A stretch of 64,000 nucleotides of DNA, from assembly GCF_006345805.1 (NCBI RefSeq), contig NC_043026.1, forward strand, positions 6,820,001 through 6,884,000. Direction: 5' to 3'. The stretch comes from Octopus sinensis. Lineage: Eukaryota. Position numbers and translations under genes: made by a program. Below the pieces are notes generated by a model. That model was not told where the DNA came from. It saw only the letters and a program-made list of their open reading frames with translations, and did no database searches. Below, in pieces: positions 1-11,967 of this stretch. The number at the start of each line of letters is the position of its first letter. Within the stretch, counting starts at the first letter, position 1.

Positions 1-71
1 CAATGACGACGCATGAGGTTAAAGCATGGTTGAAAAATGCTGTGGTAAAGACTGAGAGTATTGTAATCAAC
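1..71 (+). CDS. Putative exon of an unidentified plus-strand gene nested in a talin intron (5' end off-window)
   Basis: Open frame MTTHEVKAWLKNAVVKTESIVIN ending in phase 0 at donor AAC|gtaaga. Confidence 0.5.
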
Positions 72-389
72 GTAAGAACGGGATTGGGTTAAAAGTCGCA
101 ATAAGTAATTCATTAAAACACAGAAGATAGATGATTGGTGAAGAACGGAGAGAACCCTAGGGTATATAATTGAATTAAAAAAAAGCATGGGGGACACAGA
201 GAGCTGTGATAAATAAATAAATGAACAATAAATAAAAGAACATTCTGTCTGTGACTGAATTCCACCCTATGTGGAAATGAATAAAAATCAATCAATCAAT
301 CATTGATTAAACAGAGATCAGTACTCTACTGTTTTGCTGAAATGCAAAGATTCCATGCTAACATCATGCAAATTTTTTTAACTTTGCAG

Positions 390-472
390 ATCTGGATAAC
401 CCATGCTGACATCAGACAGGTAATAGAGAGTGCAAATGCAGACACACAAAACATATTCTACAAACGCCACAG
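390..472 (+). CDS. Putative exon of the nested plus-strand gene
   Basis: Acceptor ttttttaactttgcag; the only open frame is phase 0: IWITHADIRQVIESANADTQNIFYKRH(R); donor AG|gtatgc (phase 2); alternative donor CAG|gtaata at 419. Confidence 0.55.
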
Positions 473-572
473 GTATGCATTTGTTTGCAAGATTTCTTGA
501 TGATCATCGTTGGCAAAATGACCCTCCCTAGATACTGTATGTGTGTGTGTGTGTGTGGTGTGTGTGTGTGTG

Positions 573-661
<89 letters not shown>

Positions 662-1300
662 ATTTCCAATGACTGACACAAAACACCACTGCATGCTTTG
701 AAACTTTAAGTACCAAGGAATTTGAATGAAACTGTTTTGATCCATATATGTGTGTGTATGTATGTAAATATATATATATGTACATACATACATATATCTA
801 CATACACACATATGCATCTCTCTATCTATGCATACATGTCTATATACACACACATACATGCAAATTCAGTTGATATGCTTGAAACTGCTACTCAGTTTTT
901 CTCATTCACGTCTCATCCAACAACATAATTTATTCCAGATAAAAACCACCAATAATTTGATCGAGAATGAAATTTGTTGCCTGGTGACAAAAAAATAAAT
1001 AAATAAACAAACATTAGCTAAATCCTGATTAGCAAAACAAACTGTATCAACTTAGTGCCTTGAATAACTATAACTATACTCTAAAGTATGAATTGAGTAC
1101 TTTTTCTCTTTGCTGTTGAAAACATTATAAATACAAACAAGATATATATATATATATAATTGATTGCATATATACAGTGTTATGTGTTTTGCTTATATAC
1201 TGAATTTGCTGTGAAATAGCACCTGGAAAAGCTCCCAGCACAAAACTGGGTGCTAAAGAACACCTGGGAGTGACAGACCAGGTGAGACACCTCATTACAG

Positions 1301-1400
1301 AATCACAGAGAACCCTGGATACCGATATTTTGCCAATATTGAGGCTTATCAATACCGTGTACTCGGATCATCTCAAAAATGGATTCTACCTGGTCTATGA
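1301..1400 (+). CDS. Putative terminal coding exon of the nested plus-strand gene
   Basis: Acceptor ctcattacag, phase 2: ITENPGYRYFANIEAYQYRVLGSSQKWILPGL-TGA; AATAAA at 1468-1473; acceptor choice ambiguous (1258/1270/1276 also in phase). Confidence 0.5.
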
Positions 1401-1467
1401 CTTATATGCAAACAGATTAAAAACCATTTGCTGAGGTGTAGCAATTGTGAAAAGAAACTGAATTTCA

Positions 1468-1473
1468 AATAAA
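1468..1473 (+). promoter_or_regulatory. Candidate polyadenylation signal of the nested plus-strand gene
   Basis: AATAAA about 68 nt after the predicted stop; AT-rich genome makes chance occurrence possible. Confidence 0.35.
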
Positions 1474-1568
1474 AAGCAGGTCTAGTAACAAATATTATCG
1501 GTCACACACACACACTATGCGTTTTCTATGCCATATGTATATTCATTCTCTCTCTCTCTCTCTCTCTC

Positions 1569-1670
<102 letters not shown>

Positions 1671-1680
1671 TATATACTTT

Positions 1681-1854
1681 TTTAAAGCAGCAGAAAATTC
1701 AACAAAATCTGTTACTCTGAGTTTCACGTTGCCGTTCATCGGACAGTTTTTGCTAGAATGGAACCGATCGGTTCCAATCTAGCAAAAACTGTCCGATGAA
1801 CGGCAACAGGTAACTCAGAGTAACAGGTTTTGTTGATTTTTCTGCTGCTTTAAA
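1681..1854. repeat. Near-perfect palindrome, about 87-bp arms
   Basis: Centre GGAACCGA|TCGGTTCC at 1767/1768; a few mismatches. Confidence 0.88.
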
Positions 1855-1928
1855 TAAAGAATATTACTCTACCACTGGTATTTGAGTACTCTTTTTCCAC
1901 CTTGTTTCACATTTATGTGTTTACTCCG

Positions 1929-1980
<52 letters not shown>

Positions 1981-2280
1981 TATATTTTGTGAAATTTGAT
2001 TTAGTATTTCTAAATTGAATTTTTCCCTGTAAGTTAGGAATAGTATTCCCTCAAATTATTATTATTACATATTTATTATATTCATTACATATGCCCTTTA
2101 CATACATACATACATATATATACATACATGTTATATATATATTACATATGTTTTATGTAAATATACATACACACAATATATTACATATATCATATAATAT
2201 ATATATATATATATGTATACACGTTTATTATATATTACACATACACACATGTTCATGCATGGATGTATTTTATATATATA

Positions 2281-2327
<47 letters not shown>

Positions 2328-2771
2328 AAATATTCATATTTTTGGTGGAGGGTAGTGGTCATACTGGAGCACAGCTTCCGTTCCATTATGGCTTCCCTTT
2401 TTTACAATACTGACAGAAAATCTCATGATGCAAGAGTGCATACAAAAAGGGGACAAAAAAGGGGGCCAGAAGAGGTAAATTGAGGAAAATGTGGGGGCAA
2501 TGCATCTTCCTTAAAACTTTCATCTTTTTCTTCACAATAGAGAGAGAGAGGGAGAAAGAGAAGGAGTTCAAAGACAGACTGCAAGACATCAGGATGACAA
2601 ACATTATTATCGTTATTATTGTTATTTATTAATTACTTTTAGTTGGTTTTTTCTCCATTTTTTTGTTTCATTTTAAATCCAACAAGCATTATTAAATATA
2701 ATTAATATTAAGAAAAACATTTCCATATTGTTTTTCAAGGCATATATACACATTTATACTATATATATATA

Positions 2772-2806
<35 letters not shown>

Positions 2807-2836
2807 CCACACACACAATACATACATTTATATATA

Positions 2837-2884
<48 letters not shown>

Positions 2885-3696
2885 ATCACACACACACACA
2901 CACACACATATATACATATATACTCAAATATATGTATATATACTTGTATACAACATTATATACTCAAGCATACAAGAAAGAAAGAAAGAGGTGTATATAT
3001 AAATAGCACGAGTCGGAGAAAGACAGAGGTGTAGGTGGTGGACGACATGGAGGTGAGGGTGAAGGTGGTGGGCAGTGATGGTGGCGGTAGGAGGAGACAC
3101 ACATGTAAGAGGAGTAAGTGAACAATGCAGAGAGTGACAAACGGAAGTTCTGGTAGGGGTGGGAGGGAGAAAGAAAGAGGGAGGGAGGGAGGAACAAGGA
3201 GGGAGCGAGAGGGGAGGAGGGAGGTGGTTTATTAAAAAAAGAAAGAAAAAAAAAGAAACAAACAAAACTGAAACTAAACTAATAAAAACAAAACAAATAT
3301 AAATTAGGAACTCCAAACAAGGAAAATATATATATACATTGATTACGGGCAAACAAGGCAACCAATGGTTTCACGTAAAGAGATCTACACAATTGTTGAA
3401 GCATGCCTCATGGGAGTGTTGGTACACATCACCATTTAGGATCAGAATATTAGTGTGTATTTATGTATGTATGTATGCATATATATATATATACATATAT
3501 ACATGGCTATATCTAAATATCTACCTATCTACTTAGCTACCTACCTATCTATATACCATCATCATTATCATCATGAACATTGTAATCACCATCATCACCA
3601 ACACAATCTCTTGTAAATAGAGCACAAGGCCAGAAATTTTAGGGGAAAGGGGTCAGTCGATTATATTGACCCCATGTGCTTGACTGTCACTCTACA

Positions 3697-4152
3697 GTAA
3701 ATATTCTGCTCAATACCACAGATTTGCTTGTCAGTTGTTTGACCTCAACCAGTTGAGCATGTCCCTTAGTGGCTGACGATATGTGCATCTCTGATCACGA
3801 GCAGAAATAGTGGGGGAGCATCATAGCCATGTTTTGAGAAGAGTTCTTTGGGGGTTTGGATAATTCACCTTTAGAAACATGGGTGTTTTGTTCAACAACC
3901 TTAAACAACCCTTATTCAGGGACCTTTTGAGCGGGATGGGTTACTCGACCTGAAGAAAATTCAAACTGGGCCCCATCTGCAAGGTCATGCGCTGTTGGTA
4001 TGCGATCACCATGTCGTGCACATGTGGTTGTAATGCATGTGCCTAGTGTGCCCATATCAGATGGGTAGTCATGATGGGTATATTGGGCTTCGAATAATTG
4101 TACCCCAGTGTCACTTTGATGGCATATGCTGCTCTCTCACTCAATAATAATA
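3697..4152 (+). mobile_element. Interspersed repeat family E with (AAT)n tail; second copy 36270-36725
   Basis: About 450 bp closely similar to 36270-36725; retroposon-like tail. Confidence 0.7.
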
Positions 4153-4610
4153 ATGTATACAGGGAGTTTTTTTGCCCTAGGTGTTGGGAAGACACTTGGC
4201 AAGGAATGGAAACAAAACTGAAAGAAGACAATAATAATAATTCCAAACAAAACTAATTACAAAATTCCACACAAAAATGTTGATAATGACAATGGTGATG
4301 ATGAAAAACAAAACTCAACAACCAGTGATGTCAAAAGCAATAATTATAACCATGTGCTTAGTACAGCATTTACAATGGCAAGAGGGAAGGTGGGAGAGGA
4401 GGGAATGACTGGCAGCAGTAATACTAATAATAAAAAAAAACAACCGAAAATAAGTAAACAAACAAAAAGGAAGAGATAAAACAGGAATGGAGAAAGGAAG
4501 GAAAGAAGGCACAAAGACGGGAGGGGTAAAAAAAGGGAGGAGAGAGAACTGAAGTAGAGGAGGACAAAAGAGAGGTAGAGAGAGAGAGAGAGAGAGAGAT
4601 GAAATCTTAC

Positions 4611-4640
4611 CATGGCACGGCTGTTCCAGGAAGCGTAATA
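4611..4640 (-). CDS. TLN1: Candidate 30-nt alternative microexon of talin (YYASWNSRAM) at R7-R8 junction
   Basis: Acceptor cttcttaattcttctcttaag, exon TATTACGCTTCCTGGAACAGCCGTGCCATG, donor gtaaga; phase 0/0, no stop; unique complex sequence amid simple repeats. Confidence 0.75.
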
Positions 4641-5850
4641 CTTAAGAGAAGAATTAAGAAGTTTAATTAGAAGTTAGAGACTGCGAGGATTAAGATGACA
4701 GGGAACGGAACAGGACGAAACCGGTTGACTGACATTGACGTACAGGTTATATATATACACACACACATATATTACTACACATACAGAGATATAGGCACAA
4801 TTATACAAATACATAGACACACATATGTATACATATATATACAAACACACATATATTACTACACATACAGAGATATAGGCACAATTATACACATACATAG
4901 ACACACATATGTATACATATATATACAAACACATATACATAGAAATATATGTATATACATATACATACATATTTATTTATCGACACATAACTAGATATAC
5001 ATGTACACATATGCATAACTTTACATAATGTACAAATGTAACATCCATATAGACATATATACACATATGTATACATATACACACATGGTATACATATACA
5101 ATGACTTATTCCACAAATACATACATTACAAGAGAAATGGGTCGCTGGATTAAAACCCCTGCAAGCAGCACTTTAGCATAGCTGACTGCAAGCTTGGCAG
5201 AGTTTGTTTTATGTGTGTGTGTGTGTGTGTGTGTGTGTGGATCCTTGTCTTGTAAACAAGCATAAACGATATTCAAGTGGTGCTGTTTGTTTGCAGTCTT
5301 CTGCGTAAACATGTCCAGGCATTCAGCTGTTTAAGGCTGAAGGAATTGACGGCAATATTACCTGGCTTGGAAACAGGTGGCAGTTGGTGGTAGCAAGGGC
5401 ATCCAACATTATTGAACACGCACACTGGTAAAATTTCCACTTATTTCTTAATTTTATTTTCCTAAAATTTTTGTTGCATCTTGCAACTTTTTCAATAGTT
5501 TTGACTGTCCATTATTTACACTGTGTTCCCTTTTGTTTGTTTGTGCGCATGTGTGTGCCTATGCATGCATGTATGTAAGTGTGTGTGTAAGCATATGTAT
5601 CTATGTATGTGCATCTGTATGTATGTATTCTGCATATCCATGTGCTTGCATATCCATGTTTGTGTTTTTTATGTGTGTGTGTGTATGTATGCACCTCAGT
5701 CTCCTTGTGTGTGGATGTCTGAGTGTGTGTGTGTGTGTGTGTGCGCATGTGTGTGTTATGCAACTATGTACCGTGTTTGTATGTATGGATGTGCATCTCT
5801 ATATGTGTGGACACGTATCTCCATATGTGTCCTTGTGTGGAGTAAAGTGT

Positions 5851-6042
5851 GTGTGTGTGTATATATGGTCATGTGTGTCAGTCTCCATTTGCATATGTGT
5901 GATTGTCTGTTCTCATAACCTATGTACCTATCCGTCTCTATGTTGATCAACATAGAGACGGATAGGTACATAGGTTATGAGAACAGACAATCACACATAT
6001 GCAAATGGAGACTGACACACATGACCATATATACACACACAC
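5851..6042. repeat. Perfect spacer-less palindrome, about 96-bp arms
   Basis: Centre TGTTGA|TCAACA at 5946/5947; arms match base for base on reading. Confidence 0.9.
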
Positions 6043-6045
6043 TTC

Positions 6046-6078
<33 letters not shown>

Positions 6079-6726
6079 TCAAATAATAATAATAATAATA
6101 ATAATGGACTAGCCCGTTCTTAGACAATGTTTGAGGGTTTAACAATTTCTCACCAAACAACCACACAGAAGATGATTTGTTTATAGTGATCAAACGTTTG
6201 TGTAGACATAAGCTCATTCCTTCCATCAGATTGACATTACCTGTACAGGTGCAACTGGGTGCCACATGTCAGGTGTCAAAATGATCGCAGAGCAAAATGA
6301 AATGAAGTGCTTTGCTCAAGAACACAACGCAATGCCCGGTCTAGGAATCGAACCCTCGATCTCGCGATCATGAGTGCAACACCCTAACCACTAAACCAAA
6401 TGTGCACATGTATTTTCATACCTACCCAAAGGCTGGAAGAACGGACGTGTAATGGAATCGGAACTTCAGAGCCAACAACAAAAACAACACAAATATATAA
6501 AACAACAAAAACAACCACAACAACGAAAACATCAACCCCCGCCCCCCAACACACACACTTCTAACCCCTCAGCAAATAAAACAAAAAAAAAAAAGGAAAA
6601 GCAAAAAAAAAAAAAACATTAGACACTCTTGTATTGCCAATATTAATATTATTCCAGTTTAATTAAATATTTAATTAATGGATTAATGAATTAATTATGC
6701 AGGAAACTGTAAAAGACGAGTCTTAC

Positions 6727-6870
6727 CTCTGAGTGGGATCTTGCTGGATAAGTGAGGTTTTGACACGCTGTCTGGATCGCTTGGTTCGCTCGAGCGAACT
6801 GGGATTGGTCAACAAGACCAGCGTGTCCAGGCTCAGAGGCCGGGTCAGCGATACCAACCAAGTAGGCAGA
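6727..6870 (-). CDS. TLN1: Talin exon (R7, ends at R7-R8 linker)
   Basis: [48 protein letters not shown]; ctctag/gtaaga. Confidence 0.97.
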
Positions 6871-7833
6871 CTAGAGAGAAGAAAAACAGAAAGGTAATAA
6901 TTATAAAAAAAAAAAAATAATAATAAACATTGTGTACAGTGCTCAGGTGCACTACAACTCATCTAAAGTGTATATATAATCAGGTGTAGTTTCGGCGGAT
7001 TTCGGAAAGCATGAGGGACTTAAAGGATGCAGTGTCATGGCAGTCAACAACTGATGCAGGCAGTTTATTCCATGCTTCAGCAACTCTGAGCGTGAAAAAA
7101 TGTCTCCGAAAGTCATGGGAGCTGTATTGTTTTCTGACTTTGTAGGCATGTCCACGTGTGTTAGACACATGGAGATCAAAAAGGTGTTCAGTGTTGTTGT
7201 TGGTGAGGTGGTTGATAACTTTGTGGGTGTTTACCAAGTCTGTCGCCAGATGCCGGAGCTTCAGTGAATCCATGCCCAGGGATGTAGCCCAGTTACGTAG
7301 CTTTAACTCTCAAAAGTTAACTTGGTATTCGGTTACGAATAAATGAAAAGAATCCAAAGACTTCTTTCTTACCTGAGCAGCAGCTTCAGTCAGGCCATTA
7401 ATGGATGAGGAGAAGTTTCTGACGGCCTCGCAGAACCCATCCGTGTCAGCTTTCTTGGCATCATTTGATATTCCTGTCATGGCATCGCCAAGAGACTGCA
7501 GATTGGATGCGAGAGAGAGAAACAGAGATGAGACGAGGAATAAGGGAATGTAGTAAAGAACACACACACACACACACACATACATGAGGGGTTGGTGAAA
7601 GGTTCCTGGTCTTGGGTAAAAGAAAAAAGCAGGAGGATCAGTTAATTATGATTCTATTCAACATATTCCCTTCTCAGATCCACACACTTATTGCAGGGGA
7701 GGTCCTTCAGTTTTTCTAAGCCCTGTAAAAGAACCCAAGAACTTGGGCCTCCAACCAGGCCATTTGTGATACCCTTAAAACCAGGAACCTTTCAGCACCT
7801 TCATGTGTGTGTACGAGTATGAGTGTGTGTGTG

Positions 7834-7873
<40 letters not shown>

Positions 7874-10800
7874 AGAGAGAGAGAGAGTGATCCAAAAGTC
7901 AAAATGTATACAAATGCATGCTGTTTATATTAGATTTGAAAATCTCCATCTTGATTTCACTACATTTTGGCTGTTTTATGTTCACAACCATCCCATGATC
8001 ACTAGACCAGGGTAAGCACAAACACACACTAACTGTTTCATGCTTTGCTTTGCTTTTTTTTTGCGGGGGGGGGGGGGAAGAAATTACAGAATGAAAGAAT
8101 CAGGGAACGAGCAAAATCATAGAATGAAAGAATCATAGATTTGAAGAATCACAGAACCAAAGAACGGAGAGAGAAGAACATCCCAGAAAAGTAAACAGTA
8201 AAACAAATATGCCCAGCAAATTCTCGTGAAATAAGCGTGGAATCTAATTTAGATGCAAGGCCTCCACATTTTGAGGAGAGGGGTATACTTCATCATAGCG
8301 GTCCCTGAAGGATAAAAGGCAGTGTTGGCTCTTGCTAGGATTTGCACTCTCTTTGGAAAAACTCTGGTTAGTTATGACAAGGCATTAAAGAGGGAGCAGA
8401 CCAGATGGACACGCCTCGCAGTATTCAGTCAGTCATTTTTTTTATTCCTTTGTCTGTGGCCATGCTGGAGCACCGCCTTTTAGCCAAACAAATCGACCCT
8501 AGGACTTGTTCTTTGTAAACCTAGTACTTATTCTATCAATCTCTTTTGCCGAACTGCTAAATTATAGAGACATAAATACACCAACATTGGTTGTCAAGCG
8601 ATGGCAGAAGGCGGGGGGGGGGGGCAAACACACAACTATATAAATGACAGGCTTCCTTCAGTTTCCATCTACCAAATCCACTCACAAGGCTTTGGTTGAC
8701 CTGAAGCTATAATAGACACTAGCCCAAGGTGCTGTGCAGTGGGACTGAACCTGGAACCATGTGGTTGGTAAGCAAGCTACTTACCACACAGCCACTCCTG
8801 TTTGAAATATTTGCATTGTAAGTTCAAATCTTACCAGAGTCTGCTTCACCCGTTACCCTTCAGGGGCAGAAAGCAGATAAAATAAAAGACATATCCGATT
8901 GCATACAGAGTTTCGATATAATTGAATATACCCCTGCCCCTCAGAATTGAGGCCTTGTGAGCAAAGTTGATGGTTAGAAATCAGTATTAACACATCACAG
9001 AAATCAGATAGAGCGAAACATTTACACATCAAAATGGAGAGCAAAAAAAAAAAAAAAAATCCAAGAGATATTTTTTGTGAGAAGAAAAAAATATTTAGAA
9101 AGAAACAGAAAAGAGTAAGACTAAAACTATAAGAAAGTATATATATGTTGGATCCTGGGTGGGTAATTTTGCCAATAAAATACATGCACTGGTTGGATTT
9201 CACTTCATTTTAGTATTACTTGTTTACTCTTATATTACTATACTTCTGTAGAAATCCACTGTTTTTATTTCAGTTAAGTTTGAAAATAGAGAAATTAGTA
9301 AAATAACTCATTATTAAGCTAATGTTAATTAGTGAGGTTAATTAGAGAACTAACAAGTGTCACTAATTGAGGTACAAGATCAATAATTTCAAACAGAGAA
9401 GGATATGTCGATACTATTGACCCTTTCATTAATAAACAGGTACTATATTTCATGGGCCCCAGAACGTGAAAGGTATTCTTTCCTGGTAACCCCATAAACT
9501 TGATAGGGCCTGGTATGCAGAGCTTTCAGCTGGTAGCACTCACACCTGCAAATCCTTTGCACGTAACATACTGGGCCCTTAAAGGTTGAAAGGCAAAGCT
9601 GACGTTGGTGGGATTTCAATGCAGAATGTAGAGAACTGAGACAAATAACAATGGATTTCGACTGATGCTTGAATGATTCTGCTAAAGCACCGTGCTACGT
9701 GAATCTATGATGATATTACAATGTGAAATACAATCTAAACAGGGTCTTTTATTGGCAAAAATTTATTCTACTTCAAGAATTTTGCATAACAAATACGAAA
9801 CACACACACACATATCAAAACAACAGATTGAAAAATCATCATCATCATCATCATCATTTAGCGTCCGTTTTCCATGCTAGCATGGGTTGGACGGTTCAAC
9901 TGGGGTCTGGGAAGCCAGAAGGCTGCACCAGGCCAGTCAGATTTGGCAGTGTTTCTACGGCTGGATGCCCTTCCTAATGCCAACCACTCCGTGAGTGTAG
10001 TGGGTGCTTTTTACGTGCCACCTGCACAGGTGCCAGACAGAGCTGGCAAACGGCCACGAACGGATGGTATTTTTACGTGCCACTCCCCGTTACATATGTT
10101 TCGTAACCTAATAGGAGTTACATAGGTGTACATGTAGAAAAAAATTTAAGACATATAACTCCTATTAGGTAATGAAACGTGTGTAATGGGGAAATAAGAT
10201 ACAAATGTTTACAGTCTTCTGTTTTGATACATAATGACTCTGCAAGAAGTGTTCCCCTATTATCAACAAACATGTCTGCCTAATGTAAAATATAACACCT
10301 ACAAAAAGACTAGAATATACAGATGTACTTCATGAGGACACATCATGGAGCTTAACCCTGTCTATATATGCATATATATATATAGTTGACATTATATGAA
10401 TTTTATAAACTCATGAGAGAACTAGAACAATTCCCTTTTTGGAATACCCTAAATAACAAATATACTGGGTTGAAAATCCCTTTTGGATAGAAAGTGTCAA
10501 AAGCTGTCCACGGGACTCAAATCTGTGTCTCCTCTATCTATGTTCTTGAAGGTGCTCCCAAAAAATTAAAAAAAAGGAGCCATTTCATATTCTCCCAAAA
10601 ATTTATAAAATTTTTATGATGTCAATATACAATTCTTGCTGGTAAGAATTAATTTCCTAAAATGGCAAGAGAAATTCGAAGGAGTGTTTTGGTCCAATGG
10701 TAGAACATCTCTCATATCCACAGAGGAAATGGGTTCACCCTCAACAAGCAGTCTTTGAGTTTCTATCCAGAAGAAATCCTAAATCCAATACTTACATGCT

Positions 10801-11141
10801 ATTATTTACAGCTTTGTGAGGTGCTTCAAGGTATTTCAAAAAAGAACATACATAATATATATAGATATATATATATATAAATATATATTGTGCATTAAGG
10901 CTACCATTGGTTTCATGTTAAGAAAATATATTAACAATTCTTCAAGCCAATCACAGAAAAATTGGTGTCCATCTGCATTTTAATCCAAAATGGAGACAAA
11001 CACCAATTTTTCAATGTGACCAGCTTGAGGATTGCTAAGATATTTCCTTAACATGAAACCACTGATCGCCTTAATACACAAATAAAGGTTCATTATCCAT
11101 CAATGTGGAGCTCTGCACCCATTCTTATCGTCCAATATTTA

Positions 11142-11194
<53 letters not shown>

Positions 11195-11408
11195 TACCTA
11201 CATTGCTTCATGTCAAACAAATGAGTGAGAAGTTCTCAATACATGTTGCAGAAAATAGAGTCCTTTATTGAAACTGAAGTCGAGAGCATCTTGCAAAGTG
11301 AGTTTCACGCAAGAGCTCATCAGGTGAAACCCCTGATGCTCAGAGTGGTATGAAAGAAGACAAATCTTAGCTTCAGTTCAAATATAAAAAACCTACACAC
11401 ACACACAC

Positions 11409-11466
<58 letters not shown>

Positions 11467-11662
11467 ACATTGCTTCATGTCAAACAAATGAGTGAGAAGT
11501 TCTCAATACATGTTGCAGAAAATAGAGTCCTTTATTGAAACTGAAGTCGAGAGCATCTTGCAAAGTGAGTTTCACGCAAGAGCTCATCAGGTGAAACCCC
11601 TGATGCTCAGAGTGGTATGAAAGAAGACAAATTCTTAGCTTCAGTTCAAATATAAAAAACCT

Positions 11663-11703
<41 letters not shown>

Positions 11704-11932
11704 GCAAAAACTTAGATTCAGATGAATATGGTACTTAAGTTAAAGGCACCAGAATTTGGTATGGTATTATCCATATAAATCAAATGGGGTGATTATAATC
11801 AAAATAAGCAACAAGGATATCCAAGGTAGTGTAGTACAACCGTTTCATGCTACTTCATTTAATTGAACAATGCAAGTAGCATGAAACAATTGTACTACTC
11901 TACCTTTGGATATCCTTGTTGCTTATTTTGAT

Positions 11933-11967
<35 letters not shown>

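Noticed and set aside
1220-1281. Extra + strand exon (tag|cacctgg...cag|gtgaga)
   Set aside because: In the phase required by the upstream exon it hits TAA at 1254, and its donor is only 19 nt from the next acceptor.
2386-3140. Possible alternative terminal talin exons after acceptors at about 2578, 2540 and 3140
   Set aside because: Each is only an AG after a pyrimidine tract with a low-complexity peptide, no donor and no homology. This is too common in this sequence to support.
8835-8840. 6-nt and 8-nt microexon-like AG..GTAAG patterns (also near 21135)
   Set aside because: There is no polypyrimidine tract upstream, and the 8-nt one is frame-breaking.
11281-11345. Hammerhead-like CTGATGA...GAAAC on the minus strand (also in the copy near 11550-11610)
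   Set aside because: Stem II lacks a proper closing pair, and GAAA and CTGATG are sequestered in competing hairpins (tttcac/gtgaaa, catcagg/cctgatg); no stem I/III.
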